Below, one piece after another: positions 14,701-29,365 of a DNA stretch of 64,000 nt. The position numbers and the translations under genes were made by a program. Within the stretch, counting starts at the first letter, position 1. Each line of letters begins with the position of its first letter. The DNA is taken from assembly GCF_009834535.1 (NCBI RefSeq), contig NC_045696.1:100070001-100134000 (forward strand), in the 5' to 3' direction. The notes below the pieces were generated by a model. It saw nothing but the letters and a program-made list of their open reading frames with translations. It was not told the DNA's origin and ran no database searches. This DNA is from Camelus ferus (Eukaryota).

Positions 14701-17700
14701 AATCAGAATGAATACCTATCAAATATGCTGGTACAATAAGAAAACATATGTTTATATGCCCAAAAACCATTAAAAAGTGAGGAAATTCTATAACTAATTC
14801 TGTGACTAAATTCTGTTTCAAAGGTTAACAGTAAAACATAATGTTATATGCATATCAGAGCAACATATGTATATCAAAAGTAAACATATACTCACTAAAG
14901 TACATTTGAAATTAAGAAAACTTAGGAGGAAAAAATCATCCATATGTAACTGGTAAGTTTCTTCTGAAGGCTTTTAAAAATATTTCTTTGATGAGGTCTT
15001 TAAAATAATGTTTAATCACTGTCCATCTAATTTTTTATATTTATCCACTTAATTTTTTTTTTTATCCTGAAACCCAACATTTTAAATAGCTACACAATAA
15101 TCCTCAAGAGAGGATACTACACATTGCCTTCTGTTTCTGGATATTTACTTTTCTTCTGTTTTATTTTTTCTTTTCTAAGTAGTGCAGTAGTTAATGTTTG
15201 GTGCAGAAAGCACTTTTTAAAAAAATTAGGATTGTTTTATTTGCATAATCACAGAAGTAAAGTTATTAGGACAAAAGTTAATACTTCCATTTGCCTGCAA
15301 AAGAGGTGAATTTGAATCTGTCTTATGTGGTTAATATTTGAGACTGCTATCTCTGTTAATTTAGCATAGGTAAAATATTTTTTATTGGTTTCTATTAGAC
15401 AGACTGAAAACCCAAGAAAGTCATTTTCACATCCTGTAGGAAGGAAAAGATGAAGAGGAGTAAAATTTAAAATAACTCAAAACATAATGGTAACAGGTTA
15501 ATTTCTCTGAAATTCAAAATGACACAAAAAAGCTATGCATGGAATTTTAGCAGTAAAAAGAACCAAAGAGTAGCTAGCATCACTTCTATTTTTCTGTGTG
15601 AGAAAATACGGATACTAATGAAGAACCACTTAAAGCCAAGTGGTTTCTTACATAACTTACTCATCTTATTCACATTTGAACATAATTTGATATGCAATTT
15701 ATACAAGTCCCTTTGGCATTAATAAATCACCATATTGTTTCATTCTTTAGTCCTTAGCCATTTTGAAACTAACAAAACATATGATGTCATGGACAATCAA
15801 GGACAGAGAATTTACTTTGCAGAAGAGAAAAGTAACTGTTTCCTCAGACACTTCTGTGGACCTTCAAGGCCTTTTACCATGACAATTTATGATAACAGAG
15901 GCTGTGATGTCATCACTATGCATAAAGCTCTAAGATGGAGCTGTTGCTGGAGTAACTGCTGCCTACAAAAGGTCAGTACATATTATTTCTACCATGTGAT
16001 TTAGAGTGTATTTGAGTTCCTTCAGAAAAGCATCAACCCTGGGCAGTATGCTAAAATTAAAACATTAGGTTTGGCTACAAAGGATTGTCCGGAATGAAGT
16101 ATGTCAGAGAGAGAATCATATATTCATACCTCATACCTGCAGGATAAAAATCATGCATATAACTGTAAATATTTTTAAGGCAATGAAAGTCACAAGAAAT
16201 TGAGAGTTTTAAAACTTTTTTACTCTAAAATATTATTGTGATTTTTATTTGCATTTCCCTGCATACGCTTGTTAGATATTGAATATCTTTTATGTAGTGT
16301 TTAAATCTGTTGCACATTTTTAAATGAACCTATTTGTCCTGTTAAGTTATAAGAATTTTTAGATAGTCTGAATATAAGCCCTTATATATAAAAGTGGAAG
16401 GAAGGAAAGGAAGGGCAGGGAGGAAAGGAAAGGAAGGGAAGGCAGGAGGGGAAGGGAGGAAGGGAAGGAAAGGAAGAAAAAGAGCAAGCTAGCTAACAGA
16501 AGTATATTCAGGGAAACAATGTCTCTCAAACCCTCATCTCCTGAGTCTGCTGCTGTATTCTTCTTCAGAGGCAATTGCTATTATGAGTTAGGTATTCTTC
16601 CAGAAATATTCTATGAATATTTATGTAACAGATGTATATTTGTGCTATATGTGTGCTATATATGTGTGTGTGGGGGTGTGTTTTAAACACAAATGGTGAA
16701 CATTCTTCTACAATTTTTTAACACATAACATGGCTTGTAGATTGTATAAGTATGAACAGAGTTTCCTCATTCTCATAAATGGCTGCATAATAACCCATTG
16801 TATGGATGATATACCATAATTTATTCAACCAGTCTCTATCGGTTCTGATGAACTGGGCTTCAAATCACAATGAACATAAAGAATTTTAACGAATTCACAT
16901 TTTAGATAATAAATAGTTTTTGGTGTAACTGGAGTTTTTAAGGCATATCTCTTGGGCATGGAAATCTTAAAAAGTGATCCGCATAAGCCCCCAGAGAATA
17001 GTTTATTAATTACTATTCTAACTGCCCTCTTTTTTTTAAACATTCTTTTAATAACTTTGTTTCTAATTACAAAAGTAATGCATATTCAGTGTTAAGACCC
17101 TTGGAAAACAGAACAACACGGAAAAAAAGTGCTGTGTGTCTGGCCACCATCTGGAGACAGCCACTGCTAACAATTCGGCATAGGCCCTTTCTTTGCACAT
17201 GTACCCACTAATATATATGCATACACACTTACATTTTTTAAACATTTTTTATTGATTTATAATCATTTTATAATGTATTAAATTCCAGTGTAGAGCACAA
17301 TTTTTCAGTTATACATGAACATATATATATTCATTGTCACCTTTTTTCCTCTGTGAGCTACCATAAGATCTTGTATATATTTCTCTGTGCTATACAGTAT
17401 AATCTTGTTTATCTATTCTACAATTTTGAAATCCCAGTCTATCTCTTCCCACCCCCTGCCCCCTTGGCAACTACAAGTTTGTATTCTATGTCTATGAGTC
17501 TGTTTCTGTTTTGTATTTATGCTTTTTTTTTTTTTTTTTTTTTTTTAGATTCCACATATGAGCGATCTCATATGGTATTTTTCTTTCTCTTTCTGGCTTA
17601 CTTCACTTAGAATGACATTCTCCAGGTGCATCCATGTTGCTGCAAATGGCATTATGTTGTCGGGTTTTATGGCTGAGTAGTATTCCATTGTATAAGTATA

Positions 17701-20700
17701 CCACCTCTTCTTTATCCAGTCATCCATTGATGGACATTTAGGCTGTCTCCATGTCTTGGCTATTGTAAATAGTGCTGCTATGAACATTGGGGTGCAGGTG
17801 TCATCCTGAAGTAGGGTTCCTTCTGGATATATGCCCAGGAGCGGGATTCCTCAGTCATATGATAAGTCTATTCCTAGTCTTTTGAGGAATCTCCATACTG
17901 TTTTCCACAGTGGGTGCACCAAACTGCATTCCCACCAGCAGTGTAGGAGGGTTCCCCTTTCTCCACAGCCTCTCTAGAATTTGTCATTTATGGATTTTTG
18001 AATGATGGCCATTCTGACTGGTGTGAGATGATACCTCATTGTAGTTTTGATTTGCATTTCTCTGATAATTAGTGATATTGAGCATTTTTTCATGTGCCTT
18101 TTGATCATTTGTATTTCTTCCTTGGAGAATTGCTTGTTTAGGTCTTTTGCCCATTTTTGGATTGGGTTGTTTGGTTGTTTCTTATTAAGTCATATGAGCT
18201 GCTTATATATTCTGGAGATCAAGCCTTTGTGGTTTCATTTGCAAAAATTTTCTCCCATTCCGTAGGTTGTCTTTTTGTTTTACTTATGATTTCCTTTGCT
18301 GTGCAGAAGCTTGTAAGTTTCATTGGGTCCCATTTGTTGATTCTTGCTTTTATTTCTATAGCTTGAGTAGACCGTTCTAGGAGAACATTTTTGATATGTA
18401 TTTCAGATAATGTTTTGCCTATATTTTCTTCTAGGAGGTTTATTGTATCTTGTCTTATGTTTAAGTCTTTGATCCATTTTGAGTTGATTTTTGTGTATGG
18501 TGTAAGGGAGTGTTCTTGCCTTCTTTTACAAATGGAAAAATTAATTTCAGAGAGGTAAGTGACTTATCCACATTTCATGTTGTTGGTGAGCAGCGGCAAC
18601 AGATCTCAATTCAGGGGTTTCAACATCTAAATCCTGGGTTTCAGACTTCCAGTCAATTCCCAAATACAGGGCACGCCTTAAAGTCAGAAAGTTCTGTTCA
18701 CATATACAAAAAGTTAAAAGGTCACAACATTGTAAAATGATTATAAATCAATAAAAAATGTTTAAAAAAAGTTAAAAGGTAGCATGTAAGTAAATACAGT
18801 GTAACTTACAAATCAAACTTACCTTATTTGATCAATGTTCTATTTTTCAATATTTTATAGCTAAAAGTTGAGGCTCCTCCAGGAGAAATAATTGGATATG
18901 TTTATCAATACTATCACCCATTTTTGCCAATGTTTAAAATAAAAAATGAAAAAAAGGAGGATGTAATGAAAATCAGAGGGCCATGTGTGCTTTCTAGCTG
19001 TCTCAAAGAACAAAATTTTAATGTGAGTAATTCATTATGTTTTAAGATTATCATGTTCAAATTAGTTAATAGCTTGATAATTTTCTAGTAAAATAATTAA
19101 TAAATGTGATTAAAAGAAAACAAAAACATTATCATGTTATTGCTAGAACTATTTGCCTATTTTTAATTGAATATCTAATTCATAGTTTCTTTTCTTAAAC
19201 TCTACAGTTTGTGCAGCTTGTAAGGCACCTTTATAAGCTATATTTTAAGTATACAGTTATCAGGGGGAGGATATAGCTCAGTGGTAGAGTGTGTGCTTAG
19301 CATGCATGAGGTCCTGGGTTCAATCCCCAGTACCTCAATCAATCAATTAATCAACCTAATTACCTCCCTCCCCTCCAGAAAAGGTTTTTATAAAGTGTTA
19401 ACTATATAGTTATCAAACAACAAGTTTTGTATTTAATATTTCGTAGAATATTGAAACAGAAAATTAAGCATTATTGCAATGGACAATGACAATTCAGCAT
19501 TAATTATAGATAATACATTAATGCTAATTTTTATAAAATTCTAAAACTGGTATGATACAATTTCATTACATTTTTATATGCTTACTGATTTATTTCTCAG
19601 ATTATGTCCAAAATTCAGATAATAATTTTGAAAGTGAACTACTAAATATACTGAATACAGTTAATAAAGCTAGATAGTCCAGTACACTTGGTTAAATCTG
19701 GAGATTCCTAAACAACAGAGAATACTGTCTTGGTTTAATAAAATATTCAATTTGAAAAAAAGTACTGCCTTTCAGTATTCATCAAGGACATGTTTGCTTG
19801 TTTTAATATCTTTAATATCTAGTCAGGAATTTGGACACAACCTAGGTAAAATACTACCTGCTTTTTTTTTTCCTCCTCTAGAGTATGTCAATTCAGTTTA
19901 GTGATACTAATTCTGATTAGCATTTGCACGTACTGATTAAGTAAAACATACTCTAATAATAACAATAGTAAGTTTAGCTTAGAAAAATTTAACAAAGTGC
20001 GCACACAGGACTCTTCTCTATTTCAAGTTGGAAACCAATGCAACAGAGTAGTCTATGCATAGAATTCTGGAAGCCAAAGCTACCTTGGCTCATTTTTTAA
20101 TAACATCATTGGTTTATATCTCACATTGTAATACAATAAATTCTATTTTATTCTAGTATTTTGAGAACTTTCTCTAAGGTATATAAAATACTTCCTATTT
20201 CTTCTAATTTCGAAGCAAAGCCATTTTAGAGCTGGCACTTGTGGGTAATCTCCAAGAGCGAGGAGCAAGAAAGGGAGGCAAATGGTTCTGTGAGAAAGTC
20301 ATCTTGTGCATGAATGTGGACAAACCTTTTAATACTTTTGGCTATGAAAAAGAGGGCAGAAGCCAAGGACTTCCTAGTAATAGGACAGGACCACAGCGAG
20401 GCAAATAAAACATTGATCTCAGGTACAAAATTTAAAGGGGTATCAAAAACCTAGTAATTAAGATAAATGACATGTTTTAAACATCAAAATTAATGCAAAA
20501 CAATCTGTTATAAACAAATACCAAAAATTTTAGTTAAGACCAAAACTCACTAAGCACTTGTATGACTTGTCTCCCTGCCTTACAATAATCCTGATCCTGG
20601 CTGGATGGGGGCACAGGGTGAACAGGAAGGTATCTTCATGAAAGGTATGTCCTTAGCATATTTTGATTTTAAAAGAAAGAAGCCAAATTGGAGGAAAAGT

Positions 20701-23700
20701 GTGGAGAAACGGCAGAAATTGAAAATCTGATGAACACTGTCTCTTATTTGGTATGAGACCCAAGGCTGTATGGAACTGGCCTTGAACAGGCATAGAGATG
20801 TCCCATTCATCATACCATGAAGGAAGCAGGGGGTGTTGGTACAGATACAACAACTTTCTAGGCTGGTGTCTAGGGTTTTCGTAAGTTTCTGTCCAGCTGC
20901 CTCGATTTTTTCTTCAATGTAAAATATAAGCTGTTTGCCAAGAATAAGGGGGAATGATGTGTTCAGAGTTGTGAAAAAACTGGGGAAGTTTTGACATAGT
21001 TATATAAAACTTTTCCATAGTTTTCTTTCCCCAAATTCCTTAACATTACTTACAAGGCTATGGAAGACCTAGCCCTGTAAACCTCTCTCTTCTCACTCAT
21101 TTTCTATCACTACCCTCCTCACTCATTTCACTTCCTAATTCAGAGCATTTTCACATGTAGTTGACTTTCTCTAGGAGGCTCTCACTTTTCCTAGTTCTCT
21201 GTCACTAATTTCTATTGATCCGCCAAGTCTCAGTTTAAATGGTACTTTGCCTAAGAGGCTTTCTCTAAAACTATCCCCCGGATTCTTTCAGTCTGCCTAT
21301 CATCTCCCTATTATGCTGCATCATAGCACCCTACCTTTTCATCTGGCATTCACTACCAGACAAGTAGTAGGATTTATCACAGATTTATTGTTATGTTCGC
21401 ATGAGTATCTCCAATGTTGAGAAATGAATATTTTGTATGAGAAGTGATGCCCTGAGGAGTCTAGATAAGTGCAGGAGAAAAGCGGATGAGGAAAAGATAG
21501 AGCAATTCAGAAAATTAGTATCTCTTAGAAAAGAGTTAACTAGCTGAACAGCTAGTGGTTTTCATTTTGCAATTAAATCAATTCTCCAAATTATATGTAT
21601 TAACATAATTGTATATATAATGTGCATTATATATAAAGATTATATATTATATGTGTATGTATACAAACACATACATAAAATCAGTTGTATATAATCAATT
21701 TGAAAATCTCTTTTTATATAGAAATTGTCTGTAGATGTTTTTATAGGCTATTATGTGTCCATATTGCTTATTCTTTTTATTGTAGGGTACAACCATAGTT
21801 ATATTACAGCTTGCTTGATTATTACTCATATAGGTCATATTTAATTACTAAAACTGATATAGGAATACCTATTCTTTTTATTTCAGAGATTTTATCTAAG
21901 ACTATATATATATTTTTTATTTTAGTTATTGTCCCTGGATGAAGAAATAGTAATTGGTAAGATTTCAAAACAGTGGGCTGGATTTATGAGGGAACTATTC
22001 ACCAATGCTGACAAATTTGGGATCCAGTTTCCATTTGATCTTGATGTTAAAGTAAAAGCACTGATGCTTGGAGCAAGTTTCCTCGTTGTGAGTCTATTTT
22101 TATTCTATTTAGCTGAACATTAACTTTCTGAGATTTTAACTACACCTTTGCCAATATTTCTCCTCAAATCATCAATTGCAATCTGTGCTTTTGGTCTAAT
22201 CTTCAGTCCCCAAATCACTTCATGGACTAGTGTTCACACTGCAAAGGAAATAAAAACTAGAATGTCTTGGAAACGTGATTGTTAAAGTTAAAATCCTTTG
22301 CCTTAATGAGAAACAAGACTAAGTCACTGAAAATAGGGGGATAATGGCTCATTCAATGTAATTTATTGTTATTTCCAATAATTTAAAACTTCATTTTAAA
22401 AGTACCATTATTTTGCATTTTAATTCAAAAGTAATGCATTGTTATTTGGAAACCATAGATATGTAGAAATATTTTAAAAAATGTCACTTGATTATAATTG
22501 GATCTTAGGGGCACAATGAACATAAGCAACTACCTTCATTCTCCAAATGTAATGAAATGACAGAAAACAGCAAGAGAGGTATGCAGGGCTGAGTCATGTA
22601 GTATTAAGAAAATTTGAAGAAAGAGAAACATACACAGAGTAGATAGCAGATCAAATGAAAGTGAGAAAAAGAATAGTGAACTGAGAGATATAGTTGAAGA
22701 AATTATTCATAATGCACTACAGAGATAAGGAAATACAAAAGTGAGGAGTTCCAAATAATTAAGATAGGATAGAGAATAAATAATCACTAAAAAGTTTCCA
22801 GAACAAAGAAACGTGAATCCAGAAATTCATAAAGGACAATCCTATGTAATTTTATTAAAAATTAACATCTACATAAACCAGAGTGAAAAAGCAGAACAAC
22901 AAAGAAAAATAACCCAAAAGAATCAATAAATCTCCCACAAGGAATTAGACTGACAACTGACTTCTCAACAGAGTGGAAACCAGAGAAAGTAGAATATCTT
23001 CAAAGTATTGATTAAAAAAAAAATCTTAACTCTCAAATTCTATTTTCTTCAAAAGTACAAATCTCAAGGATAAAACAAAAATACATAAATTAGTTTTTTT
23101 AAAAACACAGAGTTTTACACACACAGATCATTTCTAAAGGAGATAATTCAGGAAGAAGGAACACAATCTGAGAAGGATCATCTGAAGTTCAATAATACTC
23201 ATGAGCAAATAAAATGCTAACCATACTTGTGAATGTAAACATGCTTTTAAAAATAATGTCAGAAGTGGTTCAAGATAGTGGCATAAGAACAGCCTGAACT
23301 CATCTCCTACCATGGGCATACCAAATCTACCGCTACATAGGGAATAATTCCCTCTGAGAAAAACCTGACAACTAGCTAAACAGCTCTTCAACAGTATACG
23401 GTAAGGATCACGTCAAGATGGGTTGGAAAGGCAGAGATGTATTCTCACCCAAAAACCCACACTTGGTGCAGTGACCCACAACCAGGAGAAATCTCACAAA
23501 TATGGAGCTTCTCCCCAAGAAGAAAGGGGTTCATGCCTCCCTTCAGGCATCCCAGCCCTTGAGACCTGCAATGGAGAGACAGACTAGCCTGCAAAACATC
23601 TGGGCTTGGAAGCCAACAGGACTTATGTCCAGGAGACTCAAAGTGCTGTAGGGAACAAAGTCTTAAAGGACTCATAGACAGACTCACCCTAGGACGGCAA

Positions 23701-26700
23701 ACAGCAGTTTGAAAAACATCTAAACTAAATGATATTAGCTAGTAAAGAAGATTCACTAGCTAATCTAAAAACAACTGCTAAAGGGGCAGGGGCCTGTTGG
23801 GACTCTGATGATGAAGACACTGGTGTGCACCATTTTTATGCTCTCATTCTATCTTGTAACAGCCAGCACAGATGGTGCCACTTTTGCATTCTTGTTACCT
23901 TGCTAGTTCTGTGGTTGTACACTGCCTGCAGCCTTGCTAAAGCCAGCAGGCATGCCCTGGCCCCAAGCTCACCTGCAGCCCTGGCAAAGCCAACAGGTGT
24001 GTACAGTCCACAATGGAGATACCTCTTCATCACCTGGCTCTGGTAGCCAAGAGTGCTTGTTTCTGAGCCCCATGGGACTGAAACAATCAGAGAGTTCTTA
24101 AAAGGCTACCACCCCCCAGACCATGGTATAGACAGCAGACTGAAACACAGCTCCAGTCTTTCTGTGAAAAAGGCCTATTTACTGGTCCCAGAGCCTCAGC
24201 TTGAGGGGTAGGCTTCAAGTTTGTCACACAGCTAGAGGCTATAAAGCTGACCCCAGGGAATATAGGTAGGGAGATGCCATTTTTGCATTCTCTCTTGGCC
24301 TAGCTTCAGCTTTCTGGTATCTACCAGGAAGGAGCTTATACACTCATCTAGGGTGTGAATTTCTTCAAACGTCACTAAGAGGATTCCTCCAAATTACTTG
24401 ATCTGGAGTCCAACTGGGTTTATGACAGCAATCCCACAGGACTATATATATTTGTATACCTTAGAAGCTGCTGCCTGAGAGTCTGGCTCCCAGTGAGCCT
24501 GAAACTAGGTACTGACTGAGATCCTTCCTTCTGCACAGTGACATGTCTTGTAACAGCCTCAACAACTAGGACCTATGAAGACTAAATGTGGGTGCTTAGA
24601 CAATCACAAAGGTTTGAGAGATAACCAAGAGCTAAGGAAAGGTCAAAGGACATGGTTCATCTCCTGTAGAAGGCCATTTCTTCAGGATTGGGAGAGGTAG
24701 CTCCTTTGCCTAACACAGAAACAAACATAGAGAGTCAAGCAAAATGAAGAAACATGCAATAAATGAAAGAATAAGGGAAGACACCAAAAAAAAAAAACAA
24801 ACCCACTTCAAATAAGAGCAACACAAAGAGATCCACACCAAGATACATTATAATTAAGATGTCAAAAGTTAAAGAGAGAATCAAAAGCAGCAAGAGAAAT
24901 ATAACCTGTTACATACAAGGGAACCCCCATGAGGCTATCAGCAAATTTTTCAATAGAAATTTTGTCAGCCAGAAGAAAGTGGCATGTTATACTCAAAGTG
25001 CTGAAAGGAAACGTTCCAACCAAGAATATTCTACCAGGCAAGATTATCATTAAGAACAGAAGGAGAGAGAGAGCTTTCCAGATCAGCAAAGACTGTAATA
25101 GATACTCAGATATAATTTAAAAAGGAATTTAGTGATAATACTAAAGAAAGTCATCAAAACACAAGGTAAGGGAACAAGAGAAAAAGAGAAGAACTATAAA
25201 ACAGCCAGAAAACAATGAACAAAAATGCCAGTAAATACATGCCTATCAAAAATGACTTTAAATGCAAATGGACTAAAGTCTCCAATCAAAAGACATAGAA
25301 TGGCTGAATGAATGAAAACAAGAACCATCTATGTGCTGCCTACAAGACAGTCTCTATAGATGTAAGGACACACAGACTGAACGTGAAGAGATGAAAAATA
25401 TGTTTCATATAAATGGAAACCAAAAGAAAGCTGGGATAGCTATATCAGACAAAATAAATTTTAAAATAAACACTGTAATATAGACAAAGATGGGAATTAC
25501 ACAACAATAAAGAGTCAATCCAACAAGAAGATGTAACGTTTGTAAATATTAATGCACTCAACAAAGGGGAACCTAAATATATAAAGCTAATATTAATAGA
25601 CCAAAAGGGAGAAATTGACAGCAGTACAATAGGAATACATTAATACCTCACTTACATCAATGAATAGATCATCCAAACAAAATCAATAAGGAAGGATCAG
25701 CTTTAAATGACACATTAAACTTGATGGATTTAATACATAGAACATTCCATCCAAAAGCAGCAGAATACCCTTCTTCTTAAGAGCACATGGAACATTCTCT
25801 GGGCTAGATCACATGTTAGGCCATAATACAAGCCTCAATAAATCAAAAGATTGAAATTGTATCAAGCATCTTTCTGACCACAATGATTTAATACTAGAAA
25901 TTAATTACGAGAAAAATGAAAAAATCACAAATATGTGGAGCTCAAATAACATATTATGTAACAACCAATGGGTCAACCATAAAATCAAAGAGAAACCAGA
26001 AAATACCTTGAGACAAATCAAAATGGAAATACAACATGCCAAGATCTATGATATGCAGCAAAACTGGTTCTAAGAGGGAAGTTCATATCAAAACAAGCCT
26101 ACTTCAAAAAATAAAAGTCTCAAACAATCTAACTTTATACCTAATAGAAATAGAAAAAGAACAAACAAAGCCAAAGGTTAGTAGAGGGAAAGAATTAATA
26201 AGATCAGAGCAATAACAAATGAAATATAGACTAATAAGACAATGGAAAAGATCAATGAAACTAAGAGCTGTTTCTTCAAAAAGATAAGTAAAATCGACAA
26301 ATTTTACCTAGACTTATCAAGAAAAAAGAAGGATCAAATAAATAAAGTCAGAAATAAATCAGAAGCTACAACAGATACCAAAAAATACAAAGGATTATGA
26401 GAGACTACTATGAACAATTATATGCCAACACATTGGACAACCTAGAAGAAATGACCAAATTCCCAGAAACATACACTCTTCCGAGACAAATTCATGAAGA
26501 AACATAAAATTTGAATAGACCGATTACTAGTAAGGATATTAAACCAGTAATGAAAAACCTCCAAACAAACAAAAGTCTAGGATCGGATAGCTTCACTGGT
26601 GAATTCTACCAAACATTTAAAGAAGCTTTAATACCTATTCTCACACTATTCCAAAAAATTGAAGGAGAGAGAATGCTTCCAAACTCATTTTTATAAGGCC

Positions 26701-29321
26701 AGCATTACCCTGATACCAAAACCAAACAGTAACACTACAATAAAATAAAATTACAGGTCAACATCCCTGATGAACACAGGTACAAATATCCTCAACAGAA
26801 AATGAGCACATTGAGTTTAACAATACATTAAGAGGATAATAAACCATGACCAAATGGAATTAATTCCAGGGATGCAAGGAATTATAACATCTGCAAATCT
26901 ACCCACATGAGACACATTAACAAAATGAAATATAAAAGCATATAATCATCTCAATAGAGGTAGAAAGGCTTTTGACAAAATTCAACATCCACTTATGTTA
27001 AAAACACTCAACAAAATAGAGGGAACACACATCAACATAATAAAGGCCGTATATGACAAGCCCACAGCTAACATCATAGTCAATGGCAAAAAGCTGAAAG
27101 CTTTTCCTCTAAGATTAGGAACAAGACAAGGATGCTTACTCTCCTGACTTTCATTCAACAGAGTATTGGAAGACCTTGCTAGAGCAATTAAATGATAAAA
27201 AAGAAATAAAACGTATTCAAGTTAGAAAGGGAGGAATAAAACTGTCATTATCTGCAGACAACACAATTTTATACATAGAAAACTTTAAGAACTCTACCAA
27301 AAAACTGTTAGAACTAATAAGCTAAATCAGTAAAGGTACAGGTATAAAATTTATATACAAAAAGCTGTTGTGTTTTTATACACAAATAATGAACTATCAG
27401 AGACAAAAGTTAAGAAAGGACTCTCATTTAAAATGGACTCAAAAAGAATAATATAACTAAGAATAAATTTACCAAGGAAGTGAAAGACCTGTACACTGAA
27501 AACTATAAGATATTCATGAACAAAGCTAAAGAAGATACAAATAAATGGAAAGATATTATGTACTCATGAATTGGAAGAATTAATATTGTTAAAATGTCCA
27601 TATTTCCCGAAGAAATCTACACATTCAAAGCAATCCCTATCAAAATTCCTAAGACATTTTTCACAGAAATCAAACAATCCTAAAATTTTTATGGAACCAA
27701 AACAGATCCTGAAAACCAAAGCAATCTTGAGAAAGAAGAACAAAGATAGAGGCATCATGCCCCTTGATTTCAAACTATATTAAAAAGCCACAGTAATCAA
27801 AACAGTATGTATGATACTGACATAAAAAAGCAGCCTAAATGTCCATCAACAGATGACTAAATAAAGAAGATGTGGTATATTTATATGATAGAATACTATT
27901 CAGCCACAAAAACCGACAACATAACGCTATTTGCAGCAACATGGATGTTCCTGGAGAATGTCATTCTGAGTGAAGTGAACCAGAGAGAGAAAGAAAAATA
28001 CCATGTGAGATCGCTCATATGAGGAATCTAAAAAAAAAAAAAAAAAAAACATAAATACAAAACAGAAACAGACTCATAGACATAGAGTACAAGCTTGGGA
28101 TTGCTGGGGGGACAGGGGGTGGGAAGGGACAGACTGGGATTTTAAAATGCAGAATAGATAAACAAGATTGTACTGTATAGCACAGGGAAATATATGCAGG
28201 ATCTTGTGGTAGCTCACAGCGAAAAAAATGTGACAATGAATATATGTATGTTCATGTATAACTGAAAAATTGTGCTCTACTCTGGAATTTGACACAACAT
28301 TGAAAAATGACTATAAGTCAATAAAAAATGTTAAAAACAACAACAACAACAACAACAAACAAACAAAGAAAAACAGCCCCTTCAATAAGTGAAACAGGAC
28401 AGAGACCCCCAAAATAAGCCCATGCATATATAGTCAATTAATTTATGATGAAGGAGCCAAGAATATACAATGGGGAAAGGACAGTCTCTTCAATAAATGG
28501 TGTTAAGGAAACTGGACAGCCACATGCAAAAGAATAAAATTAGGCTACTATCATAGATCATGCACAAAAATTAACTCAAAATATTTTAAAGACTTGAATA
28601 TAAGACCTGAAACCATAAAAGTCCTGGATGAAAACATAGGTGATAAGCTCCTTGACATTGGTCTTGGTGAGGATTTTTGGATATGACTCCTAAGGAAAAG
28701 ACATAAAAGGCAAAAACAAACAAGTGGGACTATATCAAACTAAAAATCAAGGTTACCATCAACAAAATGAAAAGGCAACCAACTGAATGGGAGAAGATAT
28801 TTATAAATTATACATCCAGTAAGGGGTTAATATCCAAAATATAACTGTAACTCATACACTCCATAGTTAAAAAATGAACATTCTGATTTAAAAATGGGAA
28901 GTGGATCTGAATAGACATTTTCCCTAATAAGACATATAGATGGCCAACAGGCACATGAAAAGGTACTCAACATCACTAATCATCAGCAGAATGCAAATCA
29001 AAACCTTGATGAGATATCACCTCACATTGGTTAGAATGACTATTATCAAAAACACAAGAAATAAGAAGTGTTGGCAAGGATATGGAGAAAAGTGAACCTT
29101 GTGCACTGCTTGTGTAAACGGGTGCAGCCTCTATGTAATTCAGTACAGAGCTTCTCAAAAAATTAAAAATATAACATCCATATGATCCAGTAATTCACTT
29201 CCAGGTATTTCCCTTAGAAAATAAAAAATTTAACTTGAAAATACTGCACCCTCAAAGTAGACAACTTATGGAAATAATCTATTGTCCATCAATGGATAAG
29301 TGAAAAAGAAAGATGTGTTGT

Positions 29322-29365
<44 letters not shown>

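Noticed and set aside
19263..19336. tRNA-Ala gene
   Set aside because: Imperfect stems, a SINE tail and a TSD indicate a SINE rather than a tRNA gene.
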